Positions 56,875 to 64,000 of a stretch of DNA of 64,000 nucleotides are shown here, in pieces. The stretch lies in contig JBEPYO010000001.1 in assembly GCA_041641295.1 (NCBI GenBank), positions 410,776 through 474,775 on the forward strand. The letters run 5' to 3'. A program made the translations under genes and the position numbers. Numbering within the stretch: the first letter of the stretch is position 1; each line of letters begins with the position of its first letter. The notes under the pieces were generated by a model. The model saw only the letters and a program-made list of their open reading frames with translations. It was not told the origin of the DNA and ran no database searches. This stretch comes from Nitrososphaerota archaeon. Its GTDB lineage: Archaea > Thermoproteota > Nitrososphaeria_A > Caldarchaeales > Calditenuaceae.

Positions 56875-58980
56875 CTACTTCCTTGCCTTGAGGTAAACCA
56901 CCATGCTCTTGTAATCACCCCTAATTCCGAGGTCTAAGCCATAGCTCATAAGGTATGAACCGCTGAACACTTGGCCGCTACCGTCAAGCTCGTAGGCAAG
57001 ATCTGGGTCCAGTCCGCGGAGCCGTATATTCGGCATTCGCTTTCCAAACCCTTGCTGTAGAGTGAAGGCGAAAAGTAACGACTCTGTCTTCTCAGGTGTA
57101 ACATACTGGAAGGCGGCGAACTCTCCGGTCCTCGGACTCTTAAGCCTGTAGAGGTCTCCATCCTGCACAATATGCCTAACCTTCTTATAGAAGTCTATAT
57201 GCATCTTAACCTCTTCAATCTCATTCTTACTTAGCTCTAGTAGGTTGACGCTGATACCTAGGGCTCCCATCATCGCAGAGTGGAACCTGAACTCGAGTGA
57301 GAGGAACCTGTTGGTAAGGAAGTTCGGAACACCTGTCACCCACGCCCCCATGGTCTTCGGACAATAAGCCATCGTGAACCCCTCTTGTATGAATAGCCTG
57401 TCAAGGGCGTCGGTGTTATCGCTTGTCCAGAACTGGTCAAACCGCTCCATTGCCCCAAGATCGACTCTACCACCTCCACCGGAGCAGCCTTCAAAGATCA
57501 CGTTCGGATGCCTCCTCCTGAGCTCCTCAAGAATCTCGTATACTGCTTGGACATGCCTAACCCAGATCTCCCTCTGCCTCTCGCGAGGAGCGTCCGGCCA
57601 GCCAGGCTCGCTAAAGCTCCTATTCATATCCCACTTGACGAATCCAATATCATTCTCCGTTAGCAATCTATCGAGCCATCCAAAAACATACTCTCTCACA
57701 TCCTCTTTACACAGATTTAGGACAAGCTGATTTCTCATCTCACTTCTCGGCCTTCCAAGGAAGTGATACACCCAATCTGGGTGAAGCCTGTATAGGTCAC
57801 TGTTGGGGTTTACCATCTCGGGCTCAACCCAGATTCCGAAGATCATACCCTTAGACTTGACATGCTCAATCACTGGGCCAAGCCCGCGGGGAAACTTCTT
57901 AGGGTCTGGAACCCAGTCTCCGAGCCCCGCCCTGTCATCATTTCGACCCTTAAACCAGCCATCATCAACCACGAAGACCTCTACGCCGATCTCCGCTGCA
58001 AGGTCGGCCAGCCTTTTCAGGTTCTCCTCGTTGACATTGAAATACAGTGTCTCCCAAGTGTTGTAGACTACTGGGCGCGGCTTCTTGGCATTGTTTCGCG
58101 GCAGGACTACATCTCTCTCGAAACGGTGGAGGGACCTGCTCAGCGCTCCGAAACCACCTTCACTGTGTGTCAGGACCATTTTAGGGGTCTTGAAGGTCTC
58201 TCCCGGCCCCAAATAGAGGCTGAAGTCGAAGTCGTTTACACCCATCGAGACTCTGAGCTGGTCATGCCCCACATATTCCGAGACACACTTCCAGTTACCA
58301 CTCCAAGCCAGCAGACAGCCCCACACCTCACCCTCCTCCTCACCCGCATCACCCGCATCAAAGAACACAGCGGGGTTAAGCTGGTGACTGGTTACACCAC
58401 GCCTACTCTCCAAGACCTTCTTGCCAGCCCTAAGCTCCTCCTGAACAATCTTCGTCTCACCAGCCCAGTGGCCCGCCAGAAAAGTCATACGCCAGCTGCT
58501 TCTCCGCGGAAGCGAGACAGCCCCAGAGAGGACCTCCTCGAGGATGACGGGCCCAGGCCCCGCGTTGCGGATCTCAGCCCACCTCACAACCAAATTGTAC
58601 TGGGGGTATGCGCGATAGTGAAGGTCAACCAGGAGATTGTATCCAATATCTTTGAGCGTTATTGAGAGTCCATTCTCATCGATCAGTCTGTGACCTTCGT
58701 ATTTTAGGACACAGTCCCTCACCCCTCCCGGAAGCTCAGCCTTGAGACACGGCTCCATGAACCTGAGACCTCCAAATGTGCTATACTCCTCGCGCAACAG
58801 GTGCAGCCCAGGCTCAAAGGGGAAGTGGCCCCCCAGCTGGATTGACTCTCCAAACTCCGCACGACCACCAAAATGCACGTTAATAAGCGACCCGTCATCA
58901 GCCACCTTCAAGACATAGTGGAGCTCCCCAGCACTAATCGACCACAGCCTCTCTGAAGGAAGAAAACTGACAGGCGCCAC
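56875..58980 (-). CDS. alpha-galactosidase, glycoside hydrolase family 36
   Basis: 701 aa. The GH36 catalytic region includes GVEVFVVDDGWF and nucleophile-region FVKWDMNR. The N-terminal beta-sandwich and C-terminal beta-domains are present. Confidence 0.8.
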   Translation of the reverse strand: MAPVSFLPSERLWSISAGELHYVLKVADDGSLINVHFGGRAEFGESIQLGGHFPFEPGLHLLREEYSTFGGLRFMEPCLKAELPGGVRDCVLKYEGHRLIDENGLSITLKDIGYNLLVDLHYRAYPQYNLVVRWAEIRNAGPGPVILEEVLSGAVSLPRRSSWRMTFLAGHWAGETKIVQEELRAGKKVLESRRGVTSHQLNPAVFFDAGDAGEEEGEVWGCLLAWSGNWKCVSEYVGHDQLRVSMGVNDFDFSLYLGPGETFKTPKMVLTHSEGGFGALSRSLHRFERDVVLPRNNAKKPRPVVYNTWETLYFNVNEENLKRLADLAAEIGVEVFVVDDGWFKGRNDDRAGLGDWVPDPKKFPRGLGPVIEHVKSKGMIFGIWVEPEMVNPNSDLYRLHPDWVYHFLGRPRSEMRNQLVLNLCKEDVREYVFGWLDRLLTENDIGFVKWDMNRSFSEPGWPDAPRERQREIWVRHVQAVYEILEELRRRHPNVIFEGCSGGGGRVDLGAMERFDQFWTSDNTDALDRLFIQEGFTMAYCPKTMGAWVTGVPNFLTNRFLSLEFRFHSAMMGALGISVNLLELSKNEIEEVKMHIDFYKKVRHIVQDGDLYRLKSPRTGEFAAFQYVTPEKTESLLFAFTLQQGFGKRMPNIRLRGLDPDLAYELDGSGQVFSGSYLMSYGLDLGIRGDYKSMVVYLKARK

Positions 58981-59235
58981 GAATAGGCACTAGTCCACGG
59001 TGGCATATTTTCCTTTCCAGCACAGCACACTGCACGCCTAACGCTCTTCTCACGATAATCCAGCCTCCAAGACGACAACGCCACCGCTCAGATACTGCCA
59101 AACCCCCTGTAAAATCGCCTTCACAGCCTCTAAATGGGGAATGCCCCGCAAAAGCCAGTCCACCCATTAAATCGGCCCTAAGGCCCGGTGAAACTTAAAA
59201 ACAACCACATAATAACATAGCAACGGAGGCAAAAA

Positions 59236-59310
59236 GCCTGGGTAGTATAGCCAGGTCTAGTATCGGCGGCTGTCGCCCGCCGGACCCGGGTTCAAATCCC
59301 GGCCCAGGCG
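59236..59310 (+). tRNA. tRNA-Asp (anticodon GTC)
   Basis: Acceptor GCCTGGG/CCCAGGC. Anticodon stem GGCGG/CCGCC with loop CTGTCGC. T-arm CCGGG-TTCAAAT-CCCGG. Discriminator G. 75 nt. The D-stem pairs through G-U wobbles. Confidence 0.8.
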
Positions 59311-59524
59311 CCTTATATTATCTCGCCACGTATTCGCATTGACGTGTAAGTGTAGTGAGGTTGAGTGTTGAAGAGAGATTTGTTGTGTGTTCTTCACACT
59401 ATATTCTACGTTGGGGCTTTCCTCCTCCATTCTCTAATGGTTGTGGGGGTCTTTGATCTTACCGCTATTCGAAATATTACCACGAAACTCGAGGTAAGAC
59501 TGCGGGCTTAAATATTAGGGAGGG

Positions 59525-59929
59525 GTGATGGGGTTGGGGCTTATGTCTGTGGTGAAGGGCTCGTCTTCTGTTCCTGAGGAGCCTGTGGATAACGCGGTGG
59601 ATACTTTTATCCAGTGGCTTATTGATAGGCGTGATGGCGCGCCCAATTTTGAGCTGAGAAAGTTCAGGATTAAGCGGGGTGGAATGATTCCCCCTCACAT
59701 GCACCCGGATATTGAGCATATCCAGTACGTGCTGAGGGGGAGGTATAGGGTCAAGCTGGGTGATAGGGAGGTCGTCGTGAGTAGGGGAGATGCAATACTG
59801 ATACCCGCGGGGACAGTGCACGCATACTACAACGACGGCGAAGAGGATGCCGAGTTCCTATGCATCATCCCGAGAAAAAGCGAGTACAAGACAGTATGGG
59901 TGGATGAACAACCTCCGAGGAGCTGCTAA
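59525..59929 (+). CDS. cupin-domain protein
   Basis: Two-His cupin motif PPHMHPDIEHIQYVLRG...GDAILIPAGTVHAYYN. 134 aa. Confidence 0.6.
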   Translation: MMGLGLMSVVKGSSSVPEEPVDNAVDTFIQWLIDRRDGAPNFELRKFRIKRGGMIPPHMHPDIEHIQYVLRGRYRVKLGDREVVVSRGDAILIPAGTVHAYYNDGEEDAEFLCIIPRKSEYKTVWVDEQPPRSC

Positions 59930-59999
59930 CTGTGCAGATAAAAACGATGCATGGTGGAGATGCGATAGAATTAAATAAAAGTGCACTATTAAATCGTCC

Positions 60000-60881
60000 G
60001 TGCCCAAGTTTGAAGTTGATACAAAATATATTCACGGAATGCTGGATCCCAAGTATATAGGTAAACCCGAAGAAGTACTCATAAAACCAATTCTCAAATT
60101 ATTCGGCGAAGAGGTAGAGGTTTATGACTTATCCCATCCATTCGGCCCCGGTGTTCCTCTCTGGCCATACTTCCCAGACATAAGGGTTGAAAGAATGCAC
60201 TACCACGCTAAATCACGTGTCCTGTCCCAAGTGATAACTACAGTGATGCATGTCTCTACCCACGCAGACGCGCCAGTACATGTTGAAGAAGGATTTCCCT
60301 CCATAGACCAAGTGCCTATTGAAAGATACATGGGTGATGGAGTGGTCGTATCTATTCCTAAAGGAAAGTGGGATGTAATAACAGCTGAAGATTTAGAAAA
60401 AGCCGATCCACCTATTGAGCGGGGCGACATAGTTATCGTAAACACGGGCTGGCATAAGTATTGGGGAGATACAGTGAAATACTTCTGTTATGCCCCTGGT
60501 TTCTATAAAGAGGCAGGCGAGTGGTTCGTAAAGAAAGGGGTGAAGGCGGTCGGCATAGATACACAAGCCTTAGACCACCCCCTGGGGACGAGAGAAGTCT
60601 GGTACCAAGATGGGGGAGACGAAAGAAACGTCGTAGTACCATGGCTGGCTGATGAATATAAAAAAGAGACTGGAAGAGATGTCCGTGAAGACTTTCCATA
60701 CTGGGAGCCATGCCACAGACTGTTGCTGACACATGGGATCGTCGGCTGGGAAAACGTTGGCGGAGACATAGACAAAGTAACGGGCAAACGATGCTTCATA
60801 ATAGGGTTACCGATAAGATGGGTTGGCGGAGACGCATCAATAGTTAGGCTAGTTGCAATAGTCAAAAAATCCAAAGCGTGA
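60000..60881 (+). CDS. cyclase-family protein (kynurenine formamidase/arylformamidase-like)
   Basis: Cyclase-family zinc motif HVSTHADAPVH (HxGTHxDAPxH). GTG start. Lower GC than the flanking chromosome. Confidence 0.7.
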   Translation: MPKFEVDTKYIHGMLDPKYIGKPEEVLIKPILKLFGEEVEVYDLSHPFGPGVPLWPYFPDIRVERMHYHAKSRVLSQVITTVMHVSTHADAPVHVEEGFPSIDQVPIERYMGDGVVVSIPKGKWDVITAEDLEKADPPIERGDIVIVNTGWHKYWGDTVKYFCYAPGFYKEAGEWFVKKGVKAVGIDTQALDHPLGTREVWYQDGGDERNVVVPWLADEYKKETGRDVREDFPYWEPCHRLLLTHGIVGWENVGGDIDKVTGKRCFIIGLPIRWVGGDASIVRLVAIVKKSKA

Positions 60882-60886
60882 TAATA

Positions 60887-61723
60887 TTACGTCCAGCTAG
60901 TCACTCCACCGTCAATGTATAGTATCTGGCCAGTGACAAAATTTGACGCATCAGAAGCAAAATAAACGATAGCCCCTATCAAATCGTCTGGCACCCCCCA
61001 CCTACCCAGCAATATTCTTGACAACATACTCTTTGAAAGCTCTGGATCTCTCATAATGTGAGACGTTAATGGAGTGGCTATGACTGTCGGGGCTATAGCA
61101 TTGACTTGGATATTGAACTTCGCCCACTCACAGGCAAGCTGCTTGGTAAGCATGTTGACGGCACCCTTGCTGGTACAATATGCCACATAATTTCTTGGAA
61201 GACCAAAAGCTCCTCTAACGGAGGAGACATTAATTATTTTACCCTGTCTCTGCCGTATCATTACTTTTCCCACTTCTCGGCATGATAGGAACACTCCTGT
61301 AACGTTTACATCCATTACAGTCTTCCAATCCTCGAGAGGATATTCTTCGGCTGGCCTTAGAATATTAATTCCAGCATAATTGACGAGAATATTTATCTTT
61401 CCAAAATTATCGACAGCCTCCTTAACCATGTTCTTAACATCGTCAGGCTTAGTTACGTCGCATGGTACGGGGAGACATTTTCTCCCCAGCTGCTCGACCT
61501 CTTTTCTCACACGCTCCAGTTTATCCATATTCCGCCCTACTACCACTATGTCCGCCCCAAAGTCGGCCAGTCCCAAAGCTGTTGGCCTACCTAGACCTCC
61601 CCCGCCTCCAGTTATCACAGCAACTCGCCCTGAAAGATCGAAGAGCTTACGGTAGCCCATAGATCCGCTTTTTATCCTCTCGTCCAGCGATTTCTGGTAC
61701 TCATCTAGATAGGAGTCGCTCAT
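60887..61723 (-). CDS. short-chain dehydrogenase/reductase (SDR) family oxidoreductase
   Basis: TGGGGGLG cofactor motif, NYAG and catalytic YxxxK (YCTSK). 278 aa. Confidence 0.8.
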   Translation of the reverse strand: MSDSYLDEYQKSLDERIKSGSMGYRKLFDLSGRVAVITGGGGGLGRPTALGLADFGADIVVVGRNMDKLERVRKEVEQLGRKCLPVPCDVTKPDDVKNMVKEAVDNFGKINILVNYAGINILRPAEEYPLEDWKTVMDVNVTGVFLSCREVGKVMIRQRQGKIINVSSVRGAFGLPRNYVAYCTSKGAVNMLTKQLACEWAKFNIQVNAIAPTVIATPLTSHIMRDPELSKSMLSRILLGRWGVPDDLIGAIVYFASDASNFVTGQILYIDGGVTSWT

Positions 61724-61730
61724 CTATTCA

Positions 61731-62105
61731 TCATCCCTTCTTCTCAGGGTATGCGCTGATAACCAACATAGTAGCAGGCAAGTTAGTCTTATTGATGATT
61801 GCTCGCTTCTCGCCAGCCTCTATGTAAAGCGAATCGAAGGGTTCCAACACTATTTCCTTACCATCCTCCGTAATGATGGTAAGCTTGCCTGAGAGCATGA
61901 CGTATACTTTATCAGAATCATTCACCGAAGATTCAGCACCTCCGCCGGGCAAATAGTGAGACAAGCCGACCCAAAACGACTTCGTGCCAGTAGTGTCTCT
62001 GTGATGGAGTCTCAGAGCCACCATGTTAAAGTGTTTAGGCGGGTCGTAGGGTTTTGCCTCTTCCAACTTGACGAGCTTCATTTTTGATCGTAGATTTTCA
62101 CGCAA
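61731..62105 (-). CDS. cupin-domain protein
   Basis: 124 aa with a single cupin barrel (GLSHYLPGGGAESSVNDSDKVYVMLSGKL...FDSLYIEAGEKRAI). Confidence 0.5.
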   Translation of the reverse strand: MRENLRSKMKLVKLEEAKPYDPPKHFNMVALRLHHRDTTGTKSFWVGLSHYLPGGGAESSVNDSDKVYVMLSGKLTIITEDGKEIVLEPFDSLYIEAGEKRAIINKTNLPATMLVISAYPEKKG

Positions 62106-62358
62106 TACCCAATATTTGAAGTTTTACGAAGTTCATTTAAAGCCTAGAACTAACTTTCACTACTGCAGAACACGTATACACATTACCACTATATAGGCCC
62201 AGTCGGCCTTGCAGCTCAATCTTAGCCATAAAACCATCACCAACAGATCCTCCTGGGCACGAGAATGAAGGTGCGTTTCCGATCAAAGCATCTCTTCCCA
62301 ACGAGTATAGGATACTCTACAAAAACCCCTTGAAAAATTTAACAAATCTGGTCAACAA

Positions 62359-63345
62359 CTAGCTGGAACTATTGGAATCATTAGCTAAGAAATAATTTGA
62401 TAGATCTTCGGCCCGTTGCAGCTTCAAGATTTCAAGAAGAGCTTTGTTTCTTCTCTTTACTATTTCGCTTATAGCAACCTGCTGATACGCATAAAAACCT
62501 CTACCGCTCTTAACTCCAAGTAGTCCATTTGCAACATATCTCGCAAGTCTTGCTGAAGGGGTAAACCTTTCCCCCAACCTTTGAGCGAGATACTCTAGCG
62601 CCTGCAAGAAAACGTCGAGTCCCCCCAGATCAGCGATCTGAAAGGGACCCAGCATGGGATACCTTAAACCCACTGTAAGTCTAACTACTTTATCTATATC
62701 CGAGGGAGAGGCAAGATTTTCATCCAACATTCTCATAGCTTCTGCGAACAATGCTGCCTGCAGACGAACACCAATACCACCAGGTGAGTCCTTACACACC
62801 ACCACCTCTTTTCCTAGCTTTTTAGTAAATAGATCTACAACTTTTTTTATGATGTCCTCGTTATAATCTGTCTTTATTATTTCAACCAAGGGCATTAGGT
62901 ATGGAGGGTTCCACCAATGCGTTCCCACAACCCTCTCTTTGTGTCTTACTTCCTTCGCAATCTCCGAAATCTTAAACGACGAGGTATTCGTAGCTAGAAT
63001 AACATCTTTTCCACAAAAATCGTCAAGCTCCTTGAATAGCCTAATTTTTAACTCAAGTACCTCCGGCGCTGCCTCAGTTACAATTTCGACACTCCCTCTA
63101 ACAGCACTCTGTAGGGAAGTGGTTGTCGATACTCTTTCTAAAAAATCGTTGCTACTCCCATGCTTTAGAGCACCAAATAAGGAGGGGTCCTCCAAAATGT
63201 TTTTAATGTTTTTTACACTTTTTTTAAGGATTTCTTCATCAACATCAACCAGTGTAACTTCGTATCCCGCTGTCAAGTAAACTACTGCTATACCAGTTCC
63301 CATTAAACCAGAGCCTATTATTACTGTCTTCGGCGCAGAACTCAT
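62359..63345 (-). CDS. hbd: 3-hydroxyacyl-CoA (3-hydroxybutyryl-CoA) dehydrogenase
   Basis: N-terminal NAD fold VIIGSGLMGTGIA. The 3HCDH_N and 3HCDH C-terminal domains are present. Very AT-rich codon usage compared with the rest of the window. Confidence 0.8.
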   Translation of the reverse strand: MSSAPKTVIIGSGLMGTGIAVVYLTAGYEVTLVDVDEEILKKSVKNIKNILEDPSLFGALKHGSSNDFLERVSTTTSLQSAVRGSVEIVTEAAPEVLELKIRLFKELDDFCGKDVILATNTSSFKISEIAKEVRHKERVVGTHWWNPPYLMPLVEIIKTDYNEDIIKKVVDLFTKKLGKEVVVCKDSPGGIGVRLQAALFAEAMRMLDENLASPSDIDKVVRLTVGLRYPMLGPFQIADLGGLDVFLQALEYLAQRLGERFTPSARLARYVANGLLGVKSGRGFYAYQQVAISEIVKRRNKALLEILKLQRAEDLSNYFLANDSNSSS

Positions 63346-63367
63346 TTTCTTTCCCGCACACCATTAA

Positions 63368-64000
63368 TCATTTGAGTTTCTTCACAATATTTAGAAATTC
63401 CTCGTCTGTAAGCGCTCGTCTTAGCCTTATAGCTTCCTCCTTAACAAGATCAACTAGCTTGGCTATCTCCGACTCTGACAATTTAATGTTGAACTCCTTC
63501 AGTTTATACTCTATACTTGTGGCACCACTCTTCTTACCGACTACTATCTTGACCGGCGGGCGCCCCACTAATGATGGCAGGTATGGCAACATACCTAGCT
63601 GAAGGCCTGCCTCTTCGCACATTTTCCACATGAATACTACCAAACCTGATTCGAAAGTGAACTGGTTGTCGCCTACCACGGCCTTCGTTGGTGAAGGCTT
63701 AAACCGCGTTATTTCCGCCACGAGTTTTGACACCTCATAGATCTTCTCGAGCTTGATTCCGGTATCTACACCCATTAAGAGTTTCAACGCTAATGCAACC
63801 TCCTCTGTAGCAGGGTTGCCCGTCCTCTCTCCAAGCCCATTTACACAACAGTGTACATACTCAGCACCCGCTTGAATAGCTGCCAGATAGTTCGCAACGC
63901 CAAGCCCGAAATCATTATGGGTATGCCACTCTATTGAGACCCCGCTGCCTACCCATTTTCTGACTTGTCTGACCCTAAGCTTTACTGCATCAGGAAGACA
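63368..64000 (-). CDS. 2-isopropylmalate/homocitrate/citramalate synthase family protein, C-terminal part (the N-terminus lies beyond the window end)
   Basis: The minus-strand translation continues upstream of the ORF-track Met into ...VSIEWHTHNDFGLGVANYLAAIQAGAEYVHCCVNGLGERTGNPATEEVALALKLLMGVDTG, the HxH-NDxG motif of the DRE-TIM metallolyase (LeuA/NifV) family. Confidence 0.7.
   Translation of the reverse strand, partial: CLPDAVKLRVRQVRKWVGSGVSIEWHTHNDFGLGVANYLAAIQAGAEYVHCCVNGLGERTGNPATEEVALALKLLMGVDTGIKLEKIYEVSKLVAEITRFKPSPTKAVVGDNQFTFESGLVVFMWKMCEEAGLQLGMLPYLPSLVGRPPVKIVVGKKSGATSIEYKLKEFNIKLSESEIAKLVDLVKEEAIRLRRALTDEEFLNIVKKLK

Noticed and set aside
57862-58665. 267-aa plus-strand ORF inside the GH36 alpha-galactosidase gene
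   Set aside because: It is antisense to a long CDS with GH36 catalytic motifs. The long open frame is expected at this GC content.

Overview
This is a high-GC (~57%) crenarchaeal (Thermoprotei-like) chromosomal segment. The taxonomic call rests on a 16S rRNA gene with crenarchaeal signatures, an archaeal S19e, aIF-5A, RNase P protein subunits Rpp30/Pop5, an ESCRT-III (CdvB-like) paralog and a LacS-like GH1 beta-glycosidase. The window is gene-dense, with about 70 CDS, two tRNAs (Asn-GTT, Asp-GTC) and one complete 16S rRNA gene. The content is mostly housekeeping and carbohydrate metabolism. Recognisable loci include a Tat translocase cluster with a compact heme A synthase, MoaE plus an Mrp/ApbC protein, a GAPN-like ALDH with apgM, a 5-gene Opp-type sugar ABC transporter beside a GH1 glycosidase, CoaBC, TrpE/G, a LutB/LutC-like Fe-S cluster, a Liv-type ABC transporter, a NuoBCD module and a GH36 alpha-galactosidase. 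The observations most worth a second look are: (1) the 16S gene stands alone, with its own processing stem and protein genes on both sides, and apparently carries substitutions in the normally invariant 1400/1500 decoding region; (2) a DNA methyltransferase (SPPY motif) is translationally coupled to a 375-aa protein of unknown function just downstream of the 16S, which could be an R-M or other defence pair; (3) a ~3.5-kb low-GC island lies near tRNA-Asp; (4) an NAD-kinase-like protein with a degenerate GGDG motif is fused to a winged-helix domain; (5) an unannotated second tatA lies downstream of the annotated tatA; (6) a MoaD/SAMP-like protein carries residues after its GG motif. No CRISPR array or obvious transposase was seen. 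Long antisense ORFs in the ORF track are treated as GC-driven artefacts.
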